A stretch of DNA of 64,000 bases from Bacillota bacterium (GTDB lineage: Bacteria > Bacillota > Sulfobacillia > JACIYH01), in assembly GCA_014360055.1 (NCBI GenBank), contig JACIYH010000003.1, forward strand, positions 6,235 through 70,234, read 5' to 3'. Below the pieces are notes generated by a model. That model was given only the letters and a program-made list of their open reading frames with translations, did no database searches and was not told the DNA's origin. The first letter of the stretch is position 1. Each line of letters opens with the position of its first letter. Shown piece by piece: positions 48,157 through 57,252 of this stretch. The position numbers were made by a program, and so were the translations under genes.

Positions 48157-50073
48157 GTGAGCAGGGTACAGGTGAAGTTCCTCCCCGACAACGTGACCGT
48201 GAGCGTCCCCGCGGGCACCGACCTCCTGCAGGCGGCCGCCCTGGCCGGCCTGGAGATCAAGTCGGGATGCGGCGGTGAGGGCGTGTGCGGCCGCTGCCTG
48301 GTCAGGATCCGCGAGGGCCGGGCCCGGGTGGGGGAGGGCAACATGGCCCCCAAGTACCGGCGGCTGGGCTACGTGCTGGCCTGCCGTACCCGGGTAGAGC
48401 AGGACCTGGTGGTGGAGATCCCGCCCGAGGCGCGCATGGAGACCACCCAGCAGGTGCTGGTGGATGAGCCCTCCCGGCTCCTGCAGGAGAAGGAAACCGA
48501 TGCCCTGGTGCGGTACGGGCTGCAGCCCCTGTGCCGCAAGTTCAGCGTGGCCCTCTCCGCCCCCACCCTGGTGGAGAACGCGCCCGACCTCGCCCGCCTG
48601 GTGGCCAAGCTGGGCCCGGCCAGCGGTTACTCCGAAGTGACCACCAACCTGAGCGTGCTGCGGGAGCTACCCGAGGTGCTGCGGCGGGATGACTTCCGGG
48701 TCACGTGCACCCTGGCCGACCTGGGCGACGGGCGGGCGGAGATCGTCCACCTGGAGCCGGGGGAGGCCGTGCATCCCGCTTACGGCCTGGCCGTGGACAT
48801 CGGTACCACCACCGTGGCCGCCCACTTGGTGGACCTGGCCTCGGGGGAGACCCTGGAGCGGGTGGGCACTTACAACCACCAGATCCGCTACGGTGACGAT
48901 GTCATCACCCGCATCATCCACTCGGTGCGGGAGGAGCGGGGACTGGAAGAACTGCAGCAGGCGGCCGTGGGCACCATCAACGAACTCATCGACCGGCTGC
49001 TGGCCCGACAGAACCTCTGGCCGAGCGACATCCAGGCGGTGGTGGTGGCCGGCAACACCACCATGACCCACCTCTTCCTGGGGGTGTCGCCCAAGTACCT
49101 CCGCCTGGAGCCCTACATCCCCGCCGCGGCCCGCTTCCCCAGCGTGAAGGCAGGGGAGCTGGGTCTCAAGGTGCACCCGGAAGCGCCCGTACGGTGTATG
49201 CCGGCAGTGGCGTCGTACCTGGGCGGCGACATCGTTTCGGGCCTGCTGGTTTCGGGCATGCATCAACTCCCCGGCATCGGCCTCTACATCGATATCGGGA
49301 CCAATGGCGAGATGGTGCTGGGCGGGCGCGACTTCCTGGTGGGGTGCGCCTGCTCGGCCGGTCCCGCCTTTGAGGGGTCGGGGATCACCTGCGGTATGCG
49401 GGCGACGGCGGGCGCCATCGACGGGGTGGACATCGACCCGGAGACACTGGAGGCGCGGGTGCACACGGTAGGGGGAGAGAAGCCCCTGGGGATCTGCGGC
49501 TCGGGCCTGGTGGACCTGCTGGCCAGGATGTGGCGGGCCGGCATCATCGACCGGGCGGGCAACTTCCAGCGGGTGTCCTCGCCCCGGGTGCGCTGGGGCG
49601 ACGAGGGACCCGAGTACGTGCTGGCCTGGCGCCGGGAGTCGGGCAGCGGCCGGGACGTGGTGATCACCGAGGCGGACGTGAAGAACCTTTTGCGCTCGAA
49701 AGGTGCGGTTTACGCCGGCATCCGCTCGCTCCTGCGCTCGGTGGACATGGAGCAGGATGCCGTGGAAAAGGTCTGGATCGCGGGCGGTTTTGGGAATTAC
49801 CTCAACATCAGGGCAGCCATCAGGATCGGCCTGCTTCCCGACCTGCCCCCGGAGAAGTTCGTGTTCCTGGGCAATGCCTCCGTGAAGGGGGCGCGCCTGG
49901 CCCTGCTCTCCGGAAGGGCCTGGCAGGAGGCGGAGAAGGTGGCGCAGGGCATCACCTACCTGGAACTCTCCGTGGGGAACACCTTCATGGACGAGTTCGT
50001 GTCCGCCCTGTTCCTCCCCCACACCGATTTGCGGCTGTTCCCCTCGCTGGAACGGGAGGAGGTGGAGTGGTGA
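48157..50073 (+). CDS. acsV: Reductive activator of corrinoid iron-sulfur protein (RACo/AcsV): 2Fe-2S ferredoxin domain plus an ASKHA ATPase domain
   Basis: N-terminal plant-type ferredoxin (CGGEGVCGRCLV...C), then a sugar-kinase/Hsp70/actin-fold region (DIGTTTVAAHLVD; DIGTNGEM). Confidence 0.85.
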   Translation: MSRVQVKFLPDNVTVSVPAGTDLLQAAALAGLEIKSGCGGEGVCGRCLVRIREGRARVGEGNMAPKYRRLGYVLACRTRVEQDLVVEIPPEARMETTQQVLVDEPSRLLQEKETDALVRYGLQPLCRKFSVALSAPTLVENAPDLARLVAKLGPASGYSEVTTNLSVLRELPEVLRRDDFRVTCTLADLGDGRAEIVHLEPGEAVHPAYGLAVDIGTTTVAAHLVDLASGETLERVGTYNHQIRYGDDVITRIIHSVREERGLEELQQAAVGTINELIDRLLARQNLWPSDIQAVVVAGNTTMTHLFLGVSPKYLRLEPYIPAAARFPSVKAGELGLKVHPEAPVRCMPAVASYLGGDIVSGLLVSGMHQLPGIGLYIDIGTNGEMVLGGRDFLVGCACSAGPAFEGSGITCGMRATAGAIDGVDIDPETLEARVHTVGGEKPLGICGSGLVDLLARMWRAGIIDRAGNFQRVSSPRVRWGDEGPEYVLAWRRESGSGRDVVITEADVKNLLRSKGAVYAGIRSLLRSVDMEQDAVEKVWIAGGFGNYLNIRAAIRIGLLPDLPPEKFVFLGNASVKGARLALLSGRAWQEAEKVAQGITYLELSVGNTFMDEFVSALFLPHTDLRLFPSLEREEVEW

Positions 50074-50618
50074 CCCTGGCCGAGGAGATCAGGGAACGGA
50101 GCGGTCAGGACATCAACTCCTGCTACCAATGCCACAAGTGCTCGGGGGGTTGCCCGGTGACCTTCGTGTGTGACCTCCCCCTGAGCGGGCTGGTGCGGGC
50201 CCTGCAGTTGGGACTGCGGGACGTGGCCCTGGCGTCCCGGCTGGTGTGGTTGTGTTCGGGTTGCCGGGCCTGCTTCGAGCGGTGTCCCAACGGCATCGAC
50301 GGCGCCCGGGTGCTGGACGCCCTCAAGGCCATGGCCAAAGAGGCCGACCGGGTGGAGGATCCCCAGGTGGCGGCCTTCCACGATGCCTTCCTGGGCATGG
50401 TGAGGCGCTTCGGGCGCGCCTATGAGTTGGGGATGATGGCCGAGTACAAACTGCGCACCGGCACCTTGACCCAGGACGTGCCTTTGGGCATGAAGATGAT
50501 GGCAAGGCGCAAGCTCCGCCTGCTGCCCTCCCTGGCGCCGCGGCGGGGCGACCTCGGGCGGCTGTTCCGGGAAGGGGTGCGCTACCGGAAGCGGCAGGCG
50601 GGGGGTGACCTGGCATGA
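50070..50618 (+). CDS. hdrC: Heterodisulfide reductase subunit C-like
   Basis: Two 4Fe-4S motifs (CYQCHKCSGGCP; CSGCRACFERCP). The GTG start overlaps the acsV stop, after GGGAGGAGGTG. Confidence 0.85.
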   Translation: MTLAEEIRERSGQDINSCYQCHKCSGGCPVTFVCDLPLSGLVRALQLGLRDVALASRLVWLCSGCRACFERCPNGIDGARVLDALKAMAKEADRVEDPQVAAFHDAFLGMVRRFGRAYELGMMAEYKLRTGTLTQDVPLGMKMMARRKLRLLPSLAPRRGDLGRLFREGVRYRKRQAGGDLA

Positions 50619-51550
50619 GCACCGCACCGGCGGGCGCGGCCGTTTGCGCTGACACGGCGCGGGCGACGGGGGGAGGTGGCGTGACCCTGCGACTGGCGTA
50701 CTACCCGGGGTGCTCGCTGCACTCGACGGGGTGGGAGTTTGACGCCTCCACCCGGGCGGTGTGCGCCGCGCTGGGCATCGAGTTGCGGGAGGTGCCGGGG
50801 TGGACGTGCTGCGGGTCCTCTTCCGCCCACACCCGTCCCGGTCCCCTGGCGCGCGCGCTCGGACTGCGCAACCTGGTGCTGGCGGAAGGGACGGGGCAGG
50901 AGGTCCTGGTCCCCTGCGCCGCGTGTTACAACGTGCTCAAGGGGGCGGATGCAGCCTGGCGGGCGGGCGAGGAGGAGGCTCAGGAGGCCGCTCGCCTGGT
51001 GGAAGAGGGGCTGGGGCGTCCCTACCGGGGAGAGGTGGCGGTACGCCACGTGCTGGAGGTGCTGGGCCAGCCCGGGGTACTCGAGGCCCTGCGGGCGCGG
51101 CTGAAGTCGCCCTGGCGGGTCCCCGTGGTCCCGTATTACGGGTGCCTGCTCTCCCGCCCCTCGTCCCAGCTGGGCTGTGACCGGCCCGAGCAGCCCGTGC
51201 TCATGGACCGCGTACTGGAGGCCATCGGGGCGGAGGTGCGGCCCTGGTCGTACAAGACCGACTGCTGCGGGGCTTCCCTCACCATTTCCCACGCGCCGGT
51301 GGTGGAGGTCCTGGTGAACGAACTTATCAAGCAGGCCCGGCGGGCGGGGGCGGTGGCCCTGGTGACCGCCTGCCCCATGTGTCACGCCAACCTGGACTCC
51401 CGCCAGAGCGTGACCCCGCCCATGCCCGTCCTCTACGTCACCGAGGCGGTGGGGATCGCCCTGGGCCTGCCCGAAGCGCGGCGCTGGCTGGGCGCCCACC
51501 TGGTGGATGCCCGGGGCCTGTTAGGCCCCCCCGGGGAGATGGTACCATGA
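50615..51550 (+). CDS. hdrB: Heterodisulfide reductase subunit B-like (two CCG domains)
   Basis: Cys-rich CCG motifs (CCGSSSAHT; CCGASLT). Confidence 0.9.
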   Translation: MSTAPAGAAVCADTARATGGGGVTLRLAYYPGCSLHSTGWEFDASTRAVCAALGIELREVPGWTCCGSSSAHTRPGPLARALGLRNLVLAEGTGQEVLVPCAACYNVLKGADAAWRAGEEEAQEAARLVEEGLGRPYRGEVAVRHVLEVLGQPGVLEALRARLKSPWRVPVVPYYGCLLSRPSSQLGCDRPEQPVLMDRVLEAIGAEVRPWSYKTDCCGASLTISHAPVVEVLVNELIKQARRAGAVALVTACPMCHANLDSRQSVTPPMPVLYVTEAVGIALGLPEARRWLGAHLVDARGLLGPPGEMVP

Positions 51551-54500
51551 GCGAAGTACGTGCCAACGTGACACCTCTGGCGGAGCCGCCGGCCGACGAC
51601 GGGTCGGGCGGCACCCCCCTGGGCTCGGTGCTGGTGGTGGGGGCGGGGATAGCCGGCATGCAGGCGGCCCTGGACCTGGCCTCCTCGGGCTTCCTGGTGC
51701 ACCTCTGCACCTCGGAGCCCTCCATCGGAGGCCGCATGGCCCAGCTGGACAAGACCTTCCCCACCAACGACTGCGCCATGTGCCTGCTGGGGCCCAAGAT
51801 GACCGACTGCCAGAACCACCCCAACATCGTGCTCCACACCATGAGCACCCTGGTGGGCCTGGAGGGCAAGGCGGGGGACTTCCGCGCCCTGGTGGAGGAG
51901 CGGGCCCGGTACGTGGACGTGCGCCAGTGCACGGGCTGCGGTGACTGCGCCGGGGTTTGCCCCGTGACGGTGAAGGACAGGTTCAACCTGGGCCTGTCCG
52001 AGCGCAAGGCCATCTACAAGCACTTCCCTCAGGCCGTCCCCAACGCTTACGCCATCGAGAAGAGGGGCACGCCTCCCTGCCGGGCCACCTGCCCGGCCGG
52101 GTGCAACGTGCAGGGGTACGTGGCCCTCATTTCCCAGGGCAAGTTCCGCGAAGCCCTGGAGGTGGTGCGGCGCCGGCAGCCCTTCGCCTCCATTTGCGGT
52201 CGCGCCTGTCACCACCCCTGCGAGTCCGAATGCAACCGGGGCCAGTACGACGAGCCCCTTTCCATAGCCGTGCTCAAGCGGGCGGCGGCCGACTACGGCT
52301 GGTCCGACGAGCCCCAGCTACCCGCCACCTGGCGGGAGGAGCGGGTGGCGGTGGTGGGGGCGGGCCCGGCCGGCCTGGCCGCTGCCCTCGACCTGGCCCG
52401 CGAGGGATACCGGGTGACGGTGTTCGACGCCGCGCCCGCGCCGGGCGGCATGCTGCGCTCGGCCATCCCCGAGTACCGGCTGCCCCTCGGCCTGGTGGAA
52501 AAGGAGACGGGCTGGATCCTCTCCCACGGCATGGAGTTCCGGGGCGGCATGAGGCTGGGGAGCGACTTCTCCCTGGATGACCTGGCTTCCCAGGGGTTCC
52601 GGGCCGTGATCCTGGCCCTGGGCACCCCGCGGGGCCGCGGGCTGGCCATACCCGGGGCCGAGGGCCCGGGCGTGGAACTGGCCCTGCCCTTCCTCAACCG
52701 GGCCAAGCTGGGCCCCCGTCCGCACCTGGAGGGGCGCGTGCTGGTGATCGGGGGCGGCAACGTGGCCATCGACGCCGCCCGCTGCGCCCTGCGCCTGGGC
52801 GCCACTTCGGTGGCCATGGCCTGCCTGGAATCCCGGCCCGAGATGCCCGCCCACCCGTGGGAGATCGAGGAGGCGGAGGAAGAGGGCATCCAGATCCACA
52901 CCTCCTGGGGTCCCGTGGAAGTGGTGCGGGAGGGTGGCCGCGTGCGCGGCGTGCGCCTGCGCCGCTGCACCCGGGTCTTCGACGATCAGGGCCGTTTCCG
53001 CCCCGAGTTTGACGATTCCATCACCACTTACCTGGAGGCCGACCAGGTCATCATCGCCATCGGCCAGGCCCCCGACGCCGGCTTCCTGCCCGCCCAGGGG
53101 GTGGAACTGGACGGGCGCGGCTTCATCGCCGCGGACCCCCTCACCCGGGCCACTTCCCGGCCGGGGGTGTTTGCCTGCGGCGACGGGGCGGGGGGAAAAC
53201 CCTCCATCGTGGACGCGGTGGCGGACGGCCACGAGGCGGCCGAGTCGGTACGGCGCTTCCTGCAGGGCCTGGACCTGGCCGAGGGCCGTCCTGCCAGGGT
53301 TACGGCCGCCGCTGCGGGCGGTGCCCCCGGGACGGCGGCCCAGAGGCTGGGCCCGCCCGAGGGTGTGTTGGTGGAGGTCAAGCCCCGGCTGCGCCAGCGG
53401 CTGGCCCCTGCGGCCGAAAGGGTGCGGGACTTCCGCGAGGTGTATCTGGGGTACACCCCCGAGGAGGCGCAGGAGGAAGCCTCCCGCTGCCTCAACTGCG
53501 GCATCTGCTCGGAGTGCCTGCAGTGCGTGGCCGCCTGCAAGAAGCAGGCCGTCAACCACAACGACCAGACGCGTACGGTGGAGATCCCGGTGGGGGCGGT
53601 GATCCTGGCCCCCGGCATGGGGCTCTTTGATGCAGCGGAGGCCCTGGAGTACGGCTGGTCGATATATCCCAACGTGCTCACCAGCATGGAGTTCGAACGC
53701 TACCTGTCGGCCACCGGGCCCACCGGGGGCAAGGTGGTGAGGCCGTCCGACGGCAGACGCCCCCGCCGCGTGGCCTTCATCCAGTGCGTGGGCTCGCGGG
53801 ACACCTCCTGTGCCGAGTACTGCTCGGCGGTGTGCTGCATGTACACGGCCAAGGAGGCCATCATCGCCCGCGAGCACGACCCCGACATCGAGCCCACCGT
53901 CTTCTACCTGGACCTGCGCGCCTACGGCAAGGGCTTCGACCGCTACATCGACCAGGCGAAGGCTCACGGCGTCAGGTACGTGCGCAGCATGATCTCGACG
54001 GTGAAGGAAGACCCCGTCACCCGCAACCTGATCATCCGCTACTGGTCGGGGGAGCGCCTCGAGCAGGAGGAGTTCGACCTGGTGGTGCTGGCCGTGGGGG
54101 CGCGGCCCCCGGCGGGTGCCGCCGAACTGGCGAAGGCCGCGGGCATCGAGCTGGACGAGTACGGCTTCGCCCGCACCGATCCCGTCTTCTCCGCCCTCTC
54201 CACCCGCCCGGGCGTGTTCCTGGCGGGGGCCTTCGCCGGGCCCCGGGACATCCCCGAGAGTCTGGTGGGGGCCTCGGCGGCGGCGGCTTGCGCTCACGCC
54301 CTGCTGGCGCCGGGGCGGGGCACCCAGGTTACGCCCAAGACCTACCCGCCCGAGCGGGACGTGCGCGGCGAGGAGCCCCGGGTGGGCGTGTTCGTGTGCC
54401 GCTGCGGCATCAACATCGGGGGCGTGGTGGACGTCCCCGCGGTGGTGGAGTTCGCCTCCACCCTGCCCGGGGTCGCCCACGCCCAGGAGTTCACCTACAC

Positions 54501-56040
54501 CTGCTCCCAGGACAGCCTGCAGCGCATCCGGGAGGCCATCGCCGAAAAGGGCCTCAACCGGGTGGTGGTGGCGTCCTGCTCCCTGCGCACCCACCAGTCC
54601 CTCTTCCGTGAGACCCTGCGGGAAGCCGGCCTGAACCAGTTCCTCTTCGAGATGGCGAACATCCGCGACCAGTGTTCCTGGGTCCACCGTGACGTCCCCG
54701 AGGCCGCCACCGAGAAGGCCAAAGACCTGGTGGCGATGGCGGTGGCCAAGGCCCGCACCCTGACCCCCCTGCCCATGCAGGCGGTGCCCGTGGTGCAGAA
54801 GGCCCTCATCGTGGGCGGCGGTCCCGCCGGCATGGCGGCCGCGCTGGCCCTCTCCGCCCAGGGGTTCCCCTGCTACCTGGTGGAGCGTTCGGACCGGCTG
54901 GGCGGCCAGATGCTGCGCCTGCGCCGCACCATCACCGGGGGGGACGTGCCCGCCCTGCTCGCCGACCTGGCGGGGCGGGTCATGGAGGACGCAAACGTCA
55001 CCGTGTTCACGGGGGCGGAGGTGGCCGAAGTATCCGGGCACCAGGGCCACTTCACCACCCGGCTGCGCCTGCCCGACGGCGAGGTGACGGTGGAGCACGG
55101 CGTGATCCTGGTGGCCACCGGGGTGGAGGAGTACCGGCCCACCCAGTACCTGTACGGGCAGGACGAGCGGGTGTGCACGGTCACCGAACTGGAGGGGCAG
55201 CTGGCAGCCCTGGAGCGGGAGGGCTCCCGACCACCCTGGAAACAGGTGGTGTTCATCCAGTGTGTGGGGTCCCGTGACGGCGAGCGCCCGTACTGCAGCC
55301 GGGTGTGCTGCGCCCAGAGCCTCAAGAACGCCCTCTGGCTCAAGCGGCTGGCCCCCGACTGCCACGTGGTGGTCCTGTACCGCGACATGCGGTCGTACGG
55401 CTTCCTGGAGAAGTACTACCGGGAGGCCCGTTCACTGGGCATCTCCTTCCTCCCCTATCCCGACCAGACCCCGCCCGTCCTCCGCCAGGCGGAGGGGCAA
55501 CTGTGGCTGGGCACCGTGGATGCCGCCTCGGGACGGGGCATCGAACTGCACCCCGACCTGGTGGCCCTGGCCACGGCGGTGGTGCCCGCCGCGGGGGCGA
55601 AGGAACTGGCTTCCCTGCTCAAGGTGCCCCTGGGGGAGGGCGGCTTCTTCCTGGAGACCCACATCAAGATGGGGCCGCTGGACTTCCCCTCCGCCGGCAT
55701 CTACCTGTGCGGCGGTGCCCACTGGCCCAAGTCGCTGGAGGAGGCCATCACCCAGGCCCAGGGGGCGGCCTCGCGGGCGGCCGTGGTGCTGTCGAAGGAG
55801 TCCCTGTGGGTGGGCGGCGTGGTTTCGGTGGTGGACGAGTCGAAGTGCGCGGGCTGCCTGACCTGCGTGCGCGTCTGCCCCTACCACGTGCCCTTCATCA
55901 ACGCGCGCGGGGTGGCCCAGATCGAGGCCGTGCAGTGCCAGGGATGCGGCATGTGCGCGGCCGAGTGCCCGGCGCGGGCCATCCAGCTGGGCAACTACCG
56001 CTTCGACCAGATGCAAGCCAAGCTGGCCGGCCTGCCCTAG
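51547..56040 (+). CDS. hdrA: HdrA-like flavoprotein, 1497 aa, with a GltD/NfnB-like NAD(P)H oxidoreductase module inserted and a second HdrA-like FAD/FeS unit
   Basis: HdrA N-terminal FAD fold (VLVVGAGIAGMQAALDL). GltD-type N-terminal cluster (RATCPAGCNV...ICGRACHHPCESEC) with FAD (VAVVGAGPAGLAAA) and NADPH (VLVIGGGNVAIDAAR) Rossmann motifs. A second dinucleotide fold (ALIVGGGPAGMAAALAL). A C-terminal 2x[4Fe-4S] (CAGCLTCVRVCP; CQGCGMCAAECP). The ATG at 51547 follows GGAGATGG. Confidence 0.9.
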   Translation: MSEVRANVTPLAEPPADDGSGGTPLGSVLVVGAGIAGMQAALDLASSGFLVHLCTSEPSIGGRMAQLDKTFPTNDCAMCLLGPKMTDCQNHPNIVLHTMSTLVGLEGKAGDFRALVEERARYVDVRQCTGCGDCAGVCPVTVKDRFNLGLSERKAIYKHFPQAVPNAYAIEKRGTPPCRATCPAGCNVQGYVALISQGKFREALEVVRRRQPFASICGRACHHPCESECNRGQYDEPLSIAVLKRAAADYGWSDEPQLPATWREERVAVVGAGPAGLAAALDLAREGYRVTVFDAAPAPGGMLRSAIPEYRLPLGLVEKETGWILSHGMEFRGGMRLGSDFSLDDLASQGFRAVILALGTPRGRGLAIPGAEGPGVELALPFLNRAKLGPRPHLEGRVLVIGGGNVAIDAARCALRLGATSVAMACLESRPEMPAHPWEIEEAEEEGIQIHTSWGPVEVVREGGRVRGVRLRRCTRVFDDQGRFRPEFDDSITTYLEADQVIIAIGQAPDAGFLPAQGVELDGRGFIAADPLTRATSRPGVFACGDGAGGKPSIVDAVADGHEAAESVRRFLQGLDLAEGRPARVTAAAAGGAPGTAAQRLGPPEGVLVEVKPRLRQRLAPAAERVRDFREVYLGYTPEEAQEEASRCLNCGICSECLQCVAACKKQAVNHNDQTRTVEIPVGAVILAPGMGLFDAAEALEYGWSIYPNVLTSMEFERYLSATGPTGGKVVRPSDGRRPRRVAFIQCVGSRDTSCAEYCSAVCCMYTAKEAIIAREHDPDIEPTVFYLDLRAYGKGFDRYIDQAKAHGVRYVRSMISTVKEDPVTRNLIIRYWSGERLEQEEFDLVVLAVGARPPAGAAELAKAAGIELDEYGFARTDPVFSALSTRPGVFLAGAFAGPRDIPESLVGASAAAACAHALLAPGRGTQVTPKTYPPERDVRGEEPRVGVFVCRCGINIGGVVDVPAVVEFASTLPGVAHAQEFTYTCSQDSLQRIREAIAEKGLNRVVVASCSLRTHQSLFRETLREAGLNQFLFEMANIRDQCSWVHRDVPEAATEKAKDLVAMAVAKARTLTPLPMQAVPVVQKALIVGGGPAGMAAALALSAQGFPCYLVERSDRLGGQMLRLRRTITGGDVPALLADLAGRVMEDANVTVFTGAEVAEVSGHQGHFTTRLRLPDGEVTVEHGVILVATGVEEYRPTQYLYGQDERVCTVTELEGQLAALEREGSRPPWKQVVFIQCVGSRDGERPYCSRVCCAQSLKNALWLKRLAPDCHVVVLYRDMRSYGFLEKYYREARSLGISFLPYPDQTPPVLRQAEGQLWLGTVDAASGRGIELHPDLVALATAVVPAAGAKELASLLKVPLGEGGFFLETHIKMGPLDFPSAGIYLCGGAHWPKSLEEAITQAQGAASRAAVVLSKESLWVGGVVSVVDESKCAGCLTCVRVCPYHVPFINARGVAQIEAVQCQGCGMCAAECPARAIQLGNYRFDQMQAKLAGLP

Positions 56041-56086
56041 CGACACCGGATGGTCCCCGGGGTAACGGGCCGCAGGAGGTGGAACT

Positions 56087-56587
56087 TTGGTGGACGACGG
56101 AACCGAAGCGATGACGGCGGAGCGCCCCGGCGGCGGCGGTCCTGCGGCCACGGCCGGCGGCGGGCCGTCCTTTGAGCCCCGGATCGTGGCCTTCTGCTGC
56201 TACTACTGCGCGTATTCGGCCGCCGACCTGGCCGGCTCCATGCGCCTGCAGTACCCGCCCAACGTGCGCCTCATCGAGGTACCCTGCAGCGGGCGGGTGG
56301 ATCCCGCCCTGCTCCTACGGGCGCTGGAGGAAGGGGCCGACGGCGTCTACGTGGCCGGGTGCATGGAGGGGGACTGCCACTTCCAGCAGGGCAACTTCCG
56401 GGCCAAGCGCCGGGTGGGCGCCATCAAGAAGCTTCTTTCCCAGATTGGCTGGGAACCGGAGAGGGTGGAGATGTACAACGTCCCCGCCTCCGACGGCGCC
56501 CGCTTCGCCCAGGTGGCCCGCGAGTTCACGGAACGCATCAGGCAAATGGGACCCAACCCCGCCCGGGGGAAGAAGGTGAGATCGTGA
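56087..56587 (+). CDS. mvhD: MvhD-like (methyl-viologen-reducing hydrogenase delta subunit) [2Fe-2S] protein
   Basis: IVAFCCYYCAYSAADLAG...VPCSGRVD...GCMEGDCHF is the MvhD/FlpD signature. Confidence 0.85.
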   Translation: MVDDGTEAMTAERPGGGGPAATAGGGPSFEPRIVAFCCYYCAYSAADLAGSMRLQYPPNVRLIEVPCSGRVDPALLLRALEEGADGVYVAGCMEGDCHFQQGNFRAKRRVGAIKKLLSQIGWEPERVEMYNVPASDGARFAQVAREFTERIRQMGPNPARGKKVRS

Positions 56588-57252
56588 TCATAGCGGAGCA
56601 GAAGCCCATCCCCGAGATAGCGGCCCAGGTGCGCCAGTGCCGGAAGGTGCTGGTGCTGGGGTGCGGCGGCTGCGTCACCGTGTGCCAGGCGGGTGGCGAG
56701 AAGGAGGCGGAGATCCTGGCCTCGGCCCTGCGCCTGATGGGGGTGCGGGAGGGCTGGGATACCGCCTTCGACAGCATGGCCATCACCCGCCAGTGCGACC
56801 CGGAGTACCTGGACGGTATCGCGAGGAAGGTGGCGGAGTACGACTGCGTCCTCTCCCTGGGGTGCGGGGTGGGGGTCAACTTCCTGGCCGAGCGCTTCCC
56901 GCGTACCTGGGTGGTACCGGGGCTGAACACCAAGGGGGCGGGCGCCACCCTGGAGGCGGGGGTGTGGGAGGAGAGGTGCCTGGCCTGCGGGGACTGCATC
57001 CTGCACCTCACGGGCGGTATCTGCCCCATCGTCCGCTGCTCCAAGAGCCTGCTCAACGGTCCCTGCGGCGGCTCCCAGGGGGGCAAGTGCGAGATCTCCC
57101 CGGACGTGGCCTGCGGGTGGCAGCTCATCTACGACCGCCTGAAGCAGCTCGACCGGCTCGACCTCCTGCTGGAGGTCAGGGAACCCAAGGACTGGTCGCG
57201 GACCCATGACGGCGGTCTGCGCCGGGTGGTGAAGGAGGAGGCCCGGCTATGA
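56584..57252 (+). CDS. metV: Methylene-THF reductase small subunit MetV (zinc-ribbon/FeS)
   Basis: GTG start overlaps the mvhD stop. Cys-rich throughout (CRKVLVLGCGGCVTVC; CLACGDCILHLTGGICPIVRCSKSLLNGPCGGS...C). Position and order match the Moorella hdrCBA-mvhD-metVF arrangement (established knowledge). Confidence 0.8.
   Translation: MIIAEQKPIPEIAAQVRQCRKVLVLGCGGCVTVCQAGGEKEAEILASALRLMGVREGWDTAFDSMAITRQCDPEYLDGIARKVAEYDCVLSLGCGVGVNFLAERFPRTWVVPGLNTKGAGATLEAGVWEERCLACGDCILHLTGGICPIVRCSKSLLNGPCGGSQGGKCEISPDVACGWQLIYDRLKQLDRLDLLLEVREPKDWSRTHDGGLRRVVKEEARL

Noticed and set aside
52318-55365. 1015-aa minus-strand ORF
   Set aside because: Antisense to hdrA, which has unambiguous domain motifs. 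Compositionally junk.
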